From the NCBI GenBank assembly GCA_044356455.1, contig JBIKWF010000007.1, forward strand, positions 1 through 64,000: a DNA stretch of 64,000 nt. The letters run 5' to 3'. Source of the stretch: Bdellovibrionota bacterium. Its GTDB lineage: Bacteria > Bdellovibrionota_C > UBA2361 > JBGSMV01. Each line of letters begins with the position of its first letter. Positions within the stretch are counted from its first letter, which is position 1. A model generated the notes under the pieces. It saw only the letters and a program-made list of their open reading frames with translations. It searched no databases and was not told the DNA's origin. The position numbers and the translations under genes were made by a program. Shown in pieces: positions 1 to 10,924 of the stretch.

Positions 1-255
1 ACTGAACGCGCGCTCAGGCTTACTCAGCTTGCGGTAGCTGAGTCGGGAGTGATTCCTCTTGTCGAGTCGGTATGTGATGTGAATCCGCATACGGTTACCG
101 TGGATACCCTAGTATCGGAAGTCGCGCTTGATATGGCCGAGAAGCGCCTTGACTATGTTCTCATTGTTGATGCTGAGGGCACGCTCTCTGGGATATTTAC
201 GGCCGGGGATGCGTGCCGTCTGGTATATATGCTGCTTGAAGAGATGGGAAGCTAG
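1..255 (+). CDS. CBS-domain protein, C-terminal part (5' end outside the window)
   Basis: Frame is open from base 1; CBS-like pattern PHTVTVDTLVSEVALDMAEKRLDYVLIVDAEGTLSGIFTAGD. Confidence 0.65.
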   Translation, partial: TERALRLTQLAVAESGVIPLVESVCDVNPHTVTVDTLVSEVALDMAEKRLDYVLIVDAEGTLSGIFTAGDACRLVYMLLEEMGS

Positions 256-314
256 GGATTTTTGGCCTCAAGCCCACAGCTTACTTTTTATAGCCGCTTT
301 TGTATGACTACTTT

Positions 315-341
315 CTTTGTGGTCTTCGTGTTCTTAGTGGT
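315..341. repeat. Single arm of the 9-bp-periodic repeat family
   Basis: ctttgtggt-cttcgtgtt-cttagtggt, the same unit type as the hairpins at 32403 and 46899. Confidence 0.5.
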
Positions 342-401
342 GGTCCTAAAGTACTGCTCCTCCTACCACGGCCAAAATCGCTCTAACAAACTGGTTCATG
401 C

Positions 402-893
402 ATGACTCGAAAGAACGTAAAAATATACACTGACGGAGCTTGCTCCGGTAATCCCGGCCCGGGTGGTTGGGGAGCCATTCTTATATTCGGCGATAGACGC
501 AAAGAGCTTTCCGGAGGATTTCGGCGAACTACAAATAATCGCATGGAGCTGATGGCGGCTATCGAGGCTCTCAAAGCACTCAAGGAGCCCTGTGATGTGG
601 AGCTCTATAGCGATTCAAAATACGTGGTTGATGCAATCGAACAAGGCTGGGCCGAGAAGTGGCGCGCGAATGGTTGGCGCAGAGGCAAAAAGGGAGAAAA
701 AGCCGTAAATCCTGATCTGTGGCAAATGCTCCTTGATGAAACTGAGAGGCATTCGGTGAGCTTTATTTGGGTGAAGGGGCACCACACCAATCCCGAGAAC
801 AATCGTTGCGATGAGATTGCGGTAGAGGCCTCCAGGGCGTCTAACCTGCAGTTGGATGAGGCCTATGAGAATGGCGCGGGAGCTGATGAGTAG
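402..893 (+). CDS. rnhA: Ribonuclease HI
   Basis: [41 protein letters not shown] motifs. Confidence 0.97.
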   Translation: MTRKNVKIYTDGACSGNPGPGGWGAILIFGDRRKELSGGFRRTTNNRMELMAAIEALKALKEPCDVELYSDSKYVVDAIEQGWAEKWRANGWRRGKKGEKAVNPDLWQMLLDETERHSVSFIWVKGHHTNPENNRCDEIAVEASRASNLQLDEAYENGAGADE

Positions 894-1216
894 GGCTCCA
901 AGAACTGCTTAGTATTCCTGCCTCCCTGTCTCAAAACATGCGGCGCCTCAGTACTTTTCTGAGAAGGCATTACCTTTTGCGGAAGCGGCTGCGCAGATTT
1001 CCAAGGGAGATAATTAAGTAAAGAACTTTACTCGCGTTCCTTCGTAGTCGAGCGAATTGCCTCCCCCTTCGCGGGGCCCTTGGTGAGCGTTCTCAATCTA
1101 TTACACCAAGCCCCCATGCCTAAGACGAGGCGCCCCTCTTCTCTCAGAATTCTGGTAATGCGGAAAACTCCTATAAGCCAATCCTTCTCGCTCAGCGAGT
1201 ACCGGCATCCCAATTA

Positions 1217-2212
1217 GTGAGGAGAAATAGGCGCGCTTTATTAACCAAACTGCAGCTGAGGCCGATCCCAAGTTATCGGATTGTGAAAATTATGCTGAGG
1301 AGGAGGTGGTTAGTTGTACTCGTGCGCGCTCGTAAGGGCGTGCAAGGCGCTGCTCGTAACCTTTTCATCGTTGCTGCGAAGGTCTCGGAAATTTCAGCTA
1401 GCCTTCTCAGTCTACGGGAGTACGGGGAGAGAAGAGACCGTAAATCTCGAGCAGGAACAGCAAGATTGCTCGGGGAGCTTGGTTTCACTCTCATCGAAAC
1501 TCTGGTGGCACTCGTCATTGTCGGGCTTGCAATAGCCGCAGCGAGTCAAACGCTTGCAGTCAACCTGCAAAGCAACCGGCGCGCAGAGGTGCTTTTTGAA
1601 GGGGCGCAAGCAGCCCAAGCTGTGATTGATAACATAAGGGGCGAGCCGGTAGATATGCTCCCTCAATCAGGCACCGAGAGTGTGCGAAAGATAACATCGA
1701 ACACGCGCCGTACTTATGACGTCTATGTGACGTATTGCGCGGATTCTACCTACTGTACATCGCCAACCATGCGGCAGCTTGATGTCGAAGTGGAATACCA
1801 AGGCGCCCGGATTTATCATACGCAGACAGTTTTTACGCAGTTTGGCGCAGTCACTGACGATGACACAATCGCACGTCGCACACCGACCCCGGTCCCCACG
1901 GCAACGCCTACCCGTACTCCTACGCCTACTGCAACACCAACCCGGACATCGACTCCTACGAGAACCTCAACGCCAACAGCTTCAGCAACGCCAACCCGCA
2001 CGCAAACCCCGACCCCGATGCCTACGAATACAAGGACCCCAACGCCGACCCAGACGGCAACGGCAACTAGGACGCCAACCCGAACTGCGACTCCAACCCG
2101 GACGGGAACCCCGACGCGCACCCCTACACGTACTGCGACGCCGACCATAACCAGGACGCCGACTCGTACTGCAACACCAACCAGGACTCGAACTCCAACG
2201 GCAACACCATGA
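1217..2212 (+). CDS. Type IV prepilin-like protein (PilV-like) with a long Thr/Pro/Arg C-terminal tail; true start probably downstream of 1217
   Basis: [13 protein letters not shown] class III signal at about 1481; Cys pair YCADSTYC; (TPTRTA)n tail. Confidence 0.8.
   Translation: MRRNRRALLTKLQLRPIPSYRIVKIMLRRRWLVVLVRARKGVQGAARNLFIVAAKVSEISASLLSLREYGERRDRKSRAGTARLLGELGFTLIETLVALVIVGLAIAAASQTLAVNLQSNRRAEVLFEGAQAAQAVIDNIRGEPVDMLPQSGTESVRKITSNTRRTYDVYVTYCADSTYCTSPTMRQLDVEVEYQGARIYHTQTVFTQFGAVTDDDTIARRTPTPVPTATPTRTPTPTATPTRTSTPTRTSTPTASATPTRTQTPTPMPTNTRTPTPTQTATATRTPTRTATPTRTGTPTRTPTRTATPTITRTPTRTATPTRTRTPTATP
1880..2209 (+). repeat. Coding low-complexity repeat, about 110 aa of [12 protein letters not shown] units
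   Basis: Protein-level 6-aa periodicity with diverged codons. Confidence 0.9.
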
Positions 2213-2658
2213 GACGTATAACTAACGCGTATCAAGCAGGGTTTTCTCTCATTGAGCTGCTGGCGGCGCTCGCTCTGCTCGGCATTCTCTGCACGGTGGC
2301 AGTGGCCAACATTCAGACCCTAGAGAATCCACTGGTCAGTACTTCCTCCAATATGTCGCACTATTTCCGGCTCGTTCGCGTGCGGGCGATTGCACAGACT
2401 CGCTCAATTCGCATAACTCCCGGCTCGGCCTACCACTTAGAAGCCGGCACCGCTTCGAATTGCGAAGCGGAAACGTTTGAGCCGTTGAGCGAGCTCGATT
2501 TCGACCTCGACGAGGAGGTCAGGTTGGGTAGCACTGATTGGTCGGTATGTTTCACGCAGCGTGGACTCGTGCATCAGGCCGTGGCTTTCGTACTTACGGG
2601 CGAGAATGGTTCTCGAACTGTTGAGATTGCGCTTGGGGGAGGAGTTAACATCGAATGA
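2209..2658 (+). CDS. Type IV prepilin-like protein (FimT/GspH-like)
   Basis: [18 protein letters not shown]; '[13 protein letters not shown]' and 'VCFTQRG'; ATGA overlap with the upstream gene. Confidence 0.85.
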   Translation: MRRITNAYQAGFSLIELLAALALLGILCTVAVANIQTLENPLVSTSSNMSHYFRLVRVRAIAQTRSIRITPGSAYHLEAGTASNCEAETFEPLSELDFDLDEEVRLGSTDWSVCFTQRGLVHQAVAFVLTGENGSRTVEIALGGGVNIE

Positions 2659-3563
2659 GGCAGAGAAGTACTTGCTGCTCATTACGCGACGATCGTGGCT
2701 TTACGCTCCTTGAGCTACTTGTCTCGCTGTTTATTTCAAGCACGGTGCTTGGTATCGTGATCAGTTCGGTCCTCAACCTACGCAATACCTATTTCACAGA
2801 GATAAAGCGTACTCAGATAAACGGCAACCTGCGCTCCGCCATGGATATCATGTCGATGAACGTGCGCCAAAGCGGGGAGAACCTCCTTTCGGCCTTCCCG
2901 GCCATTCTCCTTGAAGACGGCGCCTCGGGAGCTTCGGATGTGCTTACCCTGAGAAGGAGTCCTATTACCGAGGTGCTTTCACTGTGCGCTGATGCTGCAG
3001 CGGGGACCAACGTGCTTCAGATATCCTCCGCGAGTCTTTCCAACGCTGAATGCATCCCGGCAAATGTGGGACCAGTCTATTCTATTTTCACCACGCAGCT
3101 TGGCGCTTCAAATGGCGCCTTGAGAATTTTTCTCTATGATAACGTCCTAAAGACGGGAGAATTTGTTGAGTACATGAGCGGCTCATTCGTGTCCGGCCAA
3201 TACTCTCTCTCCGTCGGCACTCTTTCGCGGTCCTATTCTCAACTTACCACCTCCATATATGTACTCGAGGAGTATCAGTTCTCGAGGGACGCTGTTGCCG
3301 ATCGGCTTGAACTCACGGTGAACGATGACCCCGAATCGCTTGCTCCCGTGGCATTCGGAGTTACGGACTTTCAAGTTGCCTTTGACCTTCAAGACGGATC
3401 AACCGTGACAAGCTTTGCTCAAAGCGGAACCACTGACTGGAAAGATGTTCGGGCCATTCGAATGACCCTATCAGGAATGAGTGAATTTAAAGGTCATGAA
3501 GTGCGCTCCACTATAACTTCGACCTTTTTCCCGAGAAATGTGCTTTCGTATGAGGGGATGTAA
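2655..3563 (+). CDS. Type IV prepilin-like protein (PilW-like)
   Basis: RG|FTLLELLVSLFI; 'NLRSAMDIMSMNVRQSG' helix and terminal 'FFPRN' typical of PilW-like pilins. Confidence 0.85.
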   Translation: MRQRSTCCSLRDDRGFTLLELLVSLFISSTVLGIVISSVLNLRNTYFTEIKRTQINGNLRSAMDIMSMNVRQSGENLLSAFPAILLEDGASGASDVLTLRRSPITEVLSLCADAAAGTNVLQISSASLSNAECIPANVGPVYSIFTTQLGASNGALRIFLYDNVLKTGEFVEYMSGSFVSGQYSLSVGTLSRSYSQLTTSIYVLEEYQFSRDAVADRLELTVNDDPESLAPVAFGVTDFQVAFDLQDGSTVTSFAQSGTTDWKDVRAIRMTLSGMSEFKGHEVRSTITSTFFPRNVLSYEGM

Positions 3564-5521
3564 TGGGGAATATGAAATCCTGTCACATCGTTGTTAGGAC
3601 TTCATGCGCGTCTCTTGGCAATCGGCGTCGCTCAGACTCGGGCATCGCTCTTGTTGCTTCCTTGATGATGCTTGCACTTCTTTCGGCCCTCTTCGGAGCC
3701 TACTTTCTTCTCACGCAAACTGAGCAGCGCATGGCAAAGGGCTCAAAAGACGCCCAAAGTGGATTCAATGCCGCAGAAGCAGCGCTCAATATTCGGGCAG
3801 AGGAAGTTCGCACACTATTCCGAGATTGGTCGCGGCCTTCGGGAACTTCCCCCGCGTCTACGGATGCCTGTGAGGGAGAAAACCTAGGAACAGGCGATTT
3901 TATATGTCGGGACTATGATTTTAGCACCGGACACCATGCGATTTCCTATGTTACTGAGGAAGCGGGGAACCCATTCTCTACCATCCTTCCTCCTGGCGAG
4001 ATATTTGAGGGCCTTACTGCTCAAGAGTATCGCTACACCGTGCGTTCAATTGGTAGGAATAAAACGAACCACAATGAAGCAATTCTTGACTTGGCTTTTT
4101 TTAGCCGACTTGTTCCACTCTTTCAATTCGCGATTTTCTTCCAAGATGATTTGGAAATCTTTAATGGTGCTACCTTTACGGTTGATGGCCGAGTGCATAC
4201 GAATGGCAATTTGTATCTCGCTCCGCAAACGGGCGGTCAAACAAATTTAACCGGGCAGGTTACTGTAGCGAAGAAGCTCTACCGAGGTCAAAAGTCGCAG
4301 GCGGACTGCAGTGGATACACAGGTTCCGCCGCGGTGTCGGATACCCCAAACAAGTCGTCGCCTAACTATGTAACTTTGCCCTCTTGCAGTGGTAGCCGCG
4401 TCGAGATTACCGACGTGGCAAATTGGCAGCGTAATCTTCTTGTGAATAAAGGGACTGTGAAGGTTCCAGATGTGAGCGTGATTGATTCATTCTCGAGCAA
4501 CGAATATTGGCAGCAGGCTGATTTGAGACTAGTGCTGCGGCTTGATTCTTCTGGAAATCCCGCTACGACAAACTCTGTTACGGGTGTAGAAGTGGTCGGA
4601 ACGAATGGAGCGAACATTGCAGCGGCTACCGCCGCTCTTCATAACGCATCCTGCACCGGACTTATCACAAGCGGTGCGTCGAGTTTCTCTGTAGGCACTC
4701 GTGGGCCAGCTGATAGCTCGAAGTTGAGATTATTCAGGGAGTATCAGTCGAGCCCTGTCACGAATGATTTTCAGCGCACCTTTGAAGTCGATATGGGCGG
4801 ACTCCTTAATTGTCTTCAGCGGTATCCCACAATTCTGGATGGGAAGCTTCTCGATGATACTACTCAGAATGGTTTGGTATTCTTCTTTGCAATTGATGGT
4901 CCGCTCTCATCTAGCGCACAGAATAACTACTCGGTTCGTATCAGAAACGGCGCTCAACTTCAGTCTACGATTGCGGGGGCAAACGTAGTGAGGGGGCTCA
5001 CCGTAGTAAGCGATCAAGGACTTGTGGTGTGGGGCAACTATAATTCAACGGGGTGGATCCCCGCTGCTTTCCTGACTGACACTGTCTGGTTGCTTTCGAA
5101 TGCATGGACTGATGCGTCGTCGCTCGTGCTTGATACCTTTAGCCGAGCAGGCAGTGCTACGACGGTTTATGCCGCGGTGCTTACGGGAATTCGTAGAACG
5201 GGCAACGCGAATGACACCGCCGGGCAAGACCAGGGTGCCGATAGTAATGGTGGCGGGGCAATCAACGCCTTTCGCTTTAATGAGTGGTTTAGAAGTGGCT
5301 CTGGGATCCCTGATTTTACGTATGTGGGATCAATTGTAAGTTTGGGCCCGCCCCGCAAGTCATCTTCCACGTGGGGACCTTTCACCTATTACAGTGCGCC
5401 TAACCGCGTATGGTCGTATGAGACAAGGTTTAACGACCCTTCGCAGCTCCCCCCTATGACCCCGACGTTCGTGAATCTCAAGCAGGAGCTGTTTATGCGT
5501 GATTACGATACGGCTTCTTAG
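3563..5521 (+). CDS. Large PilX/ComZ-like minor pilin
   Basis: SG|IALVASLMMLALL lacking Glu5 (PilX-type), 'AAEAAL', 'GRVHTNGNLY', C-terminal 'YSAPNRVWSYETRF...LPPMTP'. Confidence 0.75.
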   Translation: MGNMKSCHIVVRTSCASLGNRRRSDSGIALVASLMMLALLSALFGAYFLLTQTEQRMAKGSKDAQSGFNAAEAALNIRAEEVRTLFRDWSRPSGTSPASTDACEGENLGTGDFICRDYDFSTGHHAISYVTEEAGNPFSTILPPGEIFEGLTAQEYRYTVRSIGRNKTNHNEAILDLAFFSRLVPLFQFAIFFQDDLEIFNGATFTVDGRVHTNGNLYLAPQTGGQTNLTGQVTVAKKLYRGQKSQADCSGYTGSAAVSDTPNKSSPNYVTLPSCSGSRVEITDVANWQRNLLVNKGTVKVPDVSVIDSFSSNEYWQQADLRLVLRLDSSGNPATTNSVTGVEVVGTNGANIAAATAALHNASCTGLITSGASSFSVGTRGPADSSKLRLFREYQSSPVTNDFQRTFEVDMGGLLNCLQRYPTILDGKLLDDTTQNGLVFFFAIDGPLSSSAQNNYSVRIRNGAQLQSTIAGANVVRGLTVVSDQGLVVWGNYNSTGWIPAAFLTDTVWLLSNAWTDASSLVLDTFSRAGSATTVYAAVLTGIRRTGNANDTAGQDQGADSNGGGAINAFRFNEWFRSGSGIPDFTYVGSIVSLGPPRKSSSTWGPFTYYSAPNRVWSYETRFNDPSQLPPMTPTFVNLKQELFMRDYDTAS

Positions 5522-5544
5522 CTCTCGCTCAGAGGCGGTGCAGT

Positions 5545-6588
5545 TTAAGCACCGAGAGTTCTCGCAAGCTCCTTCGAGAGGGATTCGCAATTCACGGTCA
5601 TCTTCATCATGGGCCCTTCTGCGGGAACAAGGTGGGGTAAGTAGCGATGCTGCAAAAGCCTCGAATGCACCGACATGACTTCGCTCGGATAGCTCGAAGG
5701 AAGGAGCTCAATTACCTGCGAGCCTTCGGGCATCCAAAGCGAATGCAGAATGCCAGCGCCATGTGGCCCAATGAGGCACTCGGCCTTTGCGGCGAGTGCA
5801 ATTTGTTCTCTGAGCGTCATGCGCTCCATCTCAAACGGTTCAAAACCATGCTGGGCCAGGAGAGACTCGAGCTCTTCGGAGTTTGCAACAAAGCGAATTT
5901 TTCTCTCCGCGTTGCGCTTTATATAGAGTCGCTTGCGAGACGGGACTGAGATCTTCGAGGCCCCCAGGAGCATTTGTTTTCGGAACTCTGCGTGTAGCTC
6001 TGGGGTATCCTCCATGAGATGTCCATGGAAATGGGTCGGTATCCAGAGTTCTTGTACGGTGATGATGGGGTACTCCATCGCAAGAATACGGGAAGGGTCA
6101 ATGCCAAGAAGTGCGAGAGACTCGTTGACAATAGGGTTCACGCCAGCCGCCGGTACTAGGTAGGTGCCCTTAAAGCCGCATGCTTCTGCAATAACAACTT
6201 TGGGGAGTGAATCTATCATCCAGTGATAAAAGTTGTAGCTCGCTGCCGAAATAAGAGAGACGGCGAGGTCTACTGTTGGGCTTTCCGCTTTTGCGAGTCG
6301 GGGAATAACGCCAAGACTCTTTTCAATGAGCGTCTCAGCATTTTGTTCCCTGAGAATGAAGTGGTCAGGAGTAGTAAAAATGGCATGGGCGCCAAGGAGG
6401 AGGATGTCATGTAGCCGGAATACGCCGAGCGGAAAGCGCGTAAGAGTTGGTTCATGGCGTGCGTGGCGTTCTTGCGCCGATGGATAGGCGATAAAGGGGC
6501 TCTGCCTGCTGGAGAGGTCGTGAATTGCTACGAGCTGGTGCTCCAAGGCTTTTCGCAGTTTTTCAAGAGGAGGGGGAGTGGAGTCCAT
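5545..6588 (-). CDS. Glycosyltransferase family 61 (DUF563)
   Basis: NFYHWMIDSLP, RLYIKR, N.EEL, EQIAL...LIGPHGAGI, VIEL motifs. Confidence 0.85.
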   Translation of the reverse strand: MDSTPPPLEKLRKALEHQLVAIHDLSSRQSPFIAYPSAQERHARHEPTLTRFPLGVFRLHDILLLGAHAIFTTPDHFILREQNAETLIEKSLGVIPRLAKAESPTVDLAVSLISAASYNFYHWMIDSLPKVVIAEACGFKGTYLVPAAGVNPIVNESLALLGIDPSRILAMEYPIITVQELWIPTHFHGHLMEDTPELHAEFRKQMLLGASKISVPSRKRLYIKRNAERKIRFVANSEELESLLAQHGFEPFEMERMTLREQIALAAKAECLIGPHGAGILHSLWMPEGSQVIELLPSSYPSEVMSVHSRLLQHRYLPHLVPAEGPMMKMTVNCESLSKELARTLGA

Positions 6589-6817
6589 ACGTTCACAGCT
6601 CGTTGAGTTGCTAGTTTATGTTCTGCGCCCTTTGTCGGCGAGAGTAAATCTCTCTTCAGAGGCATTTCAGGAATAGTTCAGTTGGCCCCCTGATGCCGGG
6701 TTGGCCTGCGAGAATTTCTGTGCGCTTATTGTTAGTAAGTGATTGATACTTTGACATAAACTGGCTAAGACCTTTGCTCCCTTAGGCTGCGCGGTCATGA
6801 TCGAATACGCCAGACGG

Positions 6818-7501
6818 TTAATCTCGTTTCTTTGACCAGGCCCACACTCCCAAGCCATCACGGCTCGACCGTTCGCTTGCCTCGCGAAGCCTGCGGGCGA
6901 GCCGATTATTGGGCGAAGGGTTAAAATACCAGGCAGATCCTTCTGCTAGGAGCTGCTCGTTCAGCGTTCGTGTTTCGCCGGGGAGATATAGGTAGATAAG
7001 AGGCCTTTGGTACTTGTCGAGAGGCTTGATATCGAATTCTATTTCCACTTCAGAACTTTGAGGCAGGAGCTCCTGAAGTCTCTGCTTCGAACGTTTTCCT
7101 AGTTGTCGGACGAGAGACTTCTCTACATTGAAACGTCTTGCCTGCCTTTCCGCATGATCGGAGGGGGATAGTTCAGGTGCATCAATAGCGAGTAGCCGGT
7201 AGCTATCTCTCTTACCTCCTCGCTCAAGTACGAGAGTATCGCCGTCAATGATACGCTCGACGCGAGCTCTATGTCGCGCTTCTGGCGGAGTTTGATGATT
7301 GGAGGAACATCCGGGAAGTACAAGCAGCGCGGAGAGGCCGCACAAGAGGTGTCTACGAACCAGCCCACTCCTGAAGGCCCCATTCTTAGAAAGAGCCGAA
7401 GCAGCAAGGCAAACCTCAGTAAAAGGACCACTCAACGCTGCAGTGAGGCGAAGCGCTAAAAAGCAGCCAAAAACGGAGAGTATGTTGACTCTTGATGACA
7501 C
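6818..7501 (-). CDS. Thermonuclease (SNase) family protein, probable lipoprotein; start uncertain
   Basis: RIIDGDT, RLLAIDAPE, DKYQR, LNEQLLAEG.A motifs; lipobox LPGC. Confidence 0.85.
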   Translation of the reverse strand: MSSRVNILSVFGCFLALRLTAALSGPFTEVCLAASALSKNGAFRSGLVRRHLLCGLSALLVLPGCSSNHQTPPEARHRARVERIIDGDTLVLERGGKRDSYRLLAIDAPELSPSDHAERQARRFNVEKSLVRQLGKRSKQRLQELLPQSSEVEIEFDIKPLDKYQRPLIYLYLPGETRTLNEQLLAEGSAWYFNPSPNNRLARRLREASERSSRDGLGVWAWSKKRD

Positions 7502-7578
7502 TGAGGTGCTCCTTTAGAGTGAATGTCGCTGCAGGCGGTGATTAACTCAGTATTTGTTAAGAAAAACAAGCGTTTCAT

Positions 7579-8508
7579 ATGCGAGAGCTTTTCTCGGGGA
7601 TACTACTGGTTCGGTGTTTCACCGCGTGCTTGCGCGTGTTGCCCCGTGGTCTTGCAGAGCTTCTTCTCGTTGGGATCGCAAAACTTGTGCTTCTCTTTGC
7701 GCCTCAGCACGCGCGCGTGGGGATGAGAAATCTGCGCCTCGCCTTTCCCGAGAAGGATGAAGCGTGGCGTAGGTCTATTCTGCAGGCATCTCTCTTCTTT
7801 CTCTCGCGAGTGCTCCTTGATTTTTCGAGGCTCCCACGCCTTACCCCTGCGTGGGTTAAGGCTCATGTCGAATGTGACTTTATTGAACGCTACAGAGAGC
7901 TTAAACGTGATCAGCCATCAACGGGGATACTTGTTTCGACTGGTCATTTAGGAAGCTTTGAGCTCCTGGCACACTGTATGCCGATGTGGGGACATCCGCT
8001 CTCTTTTGTCGTGCGAAATTTTGAGTGGAAGGCGCTTGACCGCTGGTGGACTAAGAGCCGGGAACGTTATGGTAATCGCGTCATCAATCGAAAAGGCGCA
8101 TTCAAAGAAGTTGCTCAGCTTCTTCGTGCGGGGAAAGATGTGGCGCTGCTCTTTGACCAGAATGTTACCCGTAACCATGCGGCGTTTGTTGAGTGGTTTG
8201 GTGTGTTGGCCGCGACCACAAAAACTCCCGCTATTGCCGCCTTAAGAGCGCAGTGCCCTGTGGTAGTAGCTGGCATTATTTCTCTACCCAACGACAGGTA
8301 CCGAGTTCTCGTTGAAGAGTGCAATTTTTCAGACCTGTATAATAATTTGGAAATGACGAACGAAGAGAAGGTCTTTCGTATTACCAGTGAGCTTGCAAGG
8401 CGCTATGAGGGTATGATTCGCCAGCAGCCAGAGGCATGGTTCTGGATGCATCGGCGATGGCGCACGCGCCCCGAAGGCGAGACGGAGAATCTTTATGCTG
8501 GATGCTAA
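7579..8508 (+). CDS. Lipid A late acyltransferase (LpxL/HtrB family)
   Basis: NLRLAFPE, TGHLGSFE, LLFDQ, PEAWFWMHRRWRTRP. Confidence 0.9.
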   Translation: MRELFSGILLVRCFTACLRVLPRGLAELLLVGIAKLVLLFAPQHARVGMRNLRLAFPEKDEAWRRSILQASLFFLSRVLLDFSRLPRLTPAWVKAHVECDFIERYRELKRDQPSTGILVSTGHLGSFELLAHCMPMWGHPLSFVVRNFEWKALDRWWTKSRERYGNRVINRKGAFKEVAQLLRAGKDVALLFDQNVTRNHAAFVEWFGVLAATTKTPAIAALRAQCPVVVAGIISLPNDRYRVLVEECNFSDLYNNLEMTNEEKVFRITSELARRYEGMIRQQPEAWFWMHRRWRTRPEGETENLYAGC

Positions 8509-9973
8509 GGCCAATTGCGGCAGTGTACTTGTCGCATCTGGAGTGGGTCTTCTCCTTCTTCTTATTCTAACCCGGGGGTTTCTTGCTGAGAGTTTCTGGC
8601 TTGATGAGACTATTTCGGCATGGATTGTAAGCGGTTCGGCCTCCGAAGCATATGAGAGGTCGCTTCGCTTCCAGGGACAAAGCCCCTTGTATTATGTGGG
8701 GCTGTGGATCTGGGCTCAGCTTGCGGGCTCTAGCGAACAGGCACTTAGGTTTCCCTCACTTGTGCTACTCGGGGCTACCTTGGTCGTAGTGTATCGCTGG
8801 ATTCGCTCAAGCCTTGGGCTATACCCGGCGGCCTTGGGAGTGGTCACGCTGTTATCCATAGACTCCTTTGTGCTCGCTCTCAGCGCGCGCCCTTATGCAG
8901 CTGGTCTGCTCTCGGTGACGCTTAGTCTATTTTTCACTGACAGGGGACTTAGGGAAGGACGTAAGAGCGTTCTTGTACTAGGAGGCTTCTTTCTCGCGCT
9001 TAGTTGTTATTTCCATTTCTTGTTTGCGCTTGCAGGCTTCGTCATTCTGCTTCGAGCCGGAAACGAGATTGGGAAAGTAGTCGGCCCTCTGCTCCTCTCA
9101 AGCGTGGCATGCGTGCCTCTCTTAGGGCAATTCTTCTCTCTCTCTGAACGGCGTGAGGCGTTACTCTTTCGAGCTCCACCTACAATCGAAGAGCTAACAA
9201 GAGTTGTTTTGCCGCTACCAACCTTGCTCCAACTGGTCATGGCAGTAGCTGCCGTTTTGATTTGTTCTTCTTTCATTGCTGGCGCAGGCGGTAGCGGCGA
9301 TAGGGCCTCGGATAAGCGGCCGATGACATGCTCATGGTGGATTATCGGTTGGTGGCTCCTTCCTACACTCTCGCTTTGGCTTCTTGCGCGTCTGGAAGTG
9401 GGGCCGTTTATGGATCGGTACGTTCTCTATACGCTGCCGGCAGTAGCTATTTTAGTGGCCCACGCATCCCGGCGTTTCTGCTCACTTCAAAGCCAAAGAA
9501 TCTTGTTCCTGGCTTTCAGCCTTTTCGTTGCGGCACGCTTTTTCGAGAGGGTATGGATAGTAGAAGATTGGCGCGGGGCTTTTAAAGAGCTTGCTTCGAG
9601 CGGTGCATGCCAGGAGGGAGAGCAGATCTTGGTGTATTCAGGCTTGGTTGAGCTCGAGAATTCGGCGTGGCGTAAGGACCGCGCGATGGGGGAGTATCTC
9701 ACCGCCCCGGCTGAAGTCTATGCAAAAGGATTTATCGCGCGGCCTATCGGACTTACCTCCGATTTTGTGCGCGAAGTTCATGAGGGCGCTCCGGTTTGTG
9801 GGGTTGTGCTCCTGAAGCGCTCTCCCCCTCCACAAGTTGGCCTTGATCCCGCGACCAGAATGTCGTCCGAGAAACTCATTGTTCTTTCGCTCGAAAGCAT
9901 CGGTACGAAGCTTGAGCGGATTTCTCCGGAAAATCAGCTAGTGTCTGCGTATCGAGTTCTGCCTAGGTCGTGA
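8495..9973 (+). CDS. GT-C fold membrane glycosyltransferase (GT39/ArnT/PMT-like)
   Basis: SFWLDE, PLYY, ALRFPS, ARPYA motifs; many hydrophobic segments. Confidence 0.75.
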   Translation: MLDAKANCGSVLVASGVGLLLLLILTRGFLAESFWLDETISAWIVSGSASEAYERSLRFQGQSPLYYVGLWIWAQLAGSSEQALRFPSLVLLGATLVVVYRWIRSSLGLYPAALGVVTLLSIDSFVLALSARPYAAGLLSVTLSLFFTDRGLREGRKSVLVLGGFFLALSCYFHFLFALAGFVILLRAGNEIGKVVGPLLLSSVACVPLLGQFFSLSERREALLFRAPPTIEELTRVVLPLPTLLQLVMAVAAVLICSSFIAGAGGSGDRASDKRPMTCSWWIIGWWLLPTLSLWLLARLEVGPFMDRYVLYTLPAVAILVAHASRRFCSLQSQRILFLAFSLFVAARFFERVWIVEDWRGAFKELASSGACQEGEQILVYSGLVELENSAWRKDRAMGEYLTAPAEVYAKGFIARPIGLTSDFVREVHEGAPVCGVVLLKRSPPPQVGLDPATRMSSEKLIVLSLESIGTKLERISPENQLVSAYRVLPRS

Positions 9974-10275
9974 TTGATTTGACAGGTCTCGCAGTTCCAT
10001 TTTGAGTGAGAGCGAAAAGTCTTGCTTCGCAGAATCAAAAAATTTCCCCAAATTCTAACAACAGGATCCCACCGAAAATTGATTCTTTGGCAAAATCGCA
10101 CTTACGCGTTGTCAGAGAAATTTCTTATGACATAACGGCGAAAGACTTTACGGCGTGAGTTGATTTCCCGAAGGGGAGTCGCTCGCACGGGAAAGTATCT
10201 CGCTCTTTCTCATCTCTAGGTACGCGTAGAGCCAGTCGGCTCTTGGTTTTTCGCCCCTTTTGGGAGGTTTTTGCC

Positions 10276-10569
10276 ATGCGTACGTACGCACACCATCGTC
10301 GTGGATTCGTGGAGTTGTTGCTTCTTCTCGTGCTGATCATTTTCATCGTCATTTGCGCTGGACAGTGTTCGGGGGGGAAGGGAACTGGAACGACGGTTCA
10401 GCAGCAGCAGCAGGCCCGCCGTTCGGCGATCGCCGATCGGCTTGAGGCGCTGCGCAAGCGCAGGGCAGAGGTTTCGTCGATGAGCGATCAGCAGGTGAAG
10501 GCTCGCATGCTGTTTGCTCTCGACAAGGAAATCGCTGAGCTCGAGAAGACGTTGCGTGAGGAGTTCTAG
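10276..10569 (+). CDS. Small membrane-anchored coiled-coil hypothetical protein
   Basis: GGGAGG RBS before ATG at 10276; N-terminal hydrophobic helix and charged helical C-terminus. Confidence 0.55.
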   Translation: MRTYAHHRRGFVELLLLLVLIIFIVICAGQCSGGKGTGTTVQQQQQARRSAIADRLEALRKRRAEVSSMSDQQVKARMLFALDKEIAELEKTLREEF

Positions 10570-10924
10570 GAATTAGGGAATGAATCGCAAAGTTCACCAT
10601 CATAAGGAGGTAAACCTTGCCCGAGCCTCATTGCCTATTCATAAGAGCTCCACTCGGCGACAGCGTTTGCCAGCAAGGTTCAAAAAACTCGCTGGCTTTA
10701 CGCTTACCTGGGGACGAGTAGAGGGAAATCGTTCGCTCATATGGGGATCCTACTCGCGCCCCCGCCTTTCCGCATTCTTCATTGGTGTTCTTGCTTGGGT
10801 TGAAGGTGCGGAGTGCCCGAATGCGCAGAGGTGGCATGAGGGCGAGAGATGAGGGGGAAGCTGCAACATCGGCATGGTGGTGGTCCCTTGCGGGCATTCA
10901 AAAGGAAATCTGAAAGGAGCTTAT

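Noticed and set aside
1816..2235. Val/Gly-rich minus-strand ORF
   Set aside because: Antisense shadow of the Thr/Pro repeat
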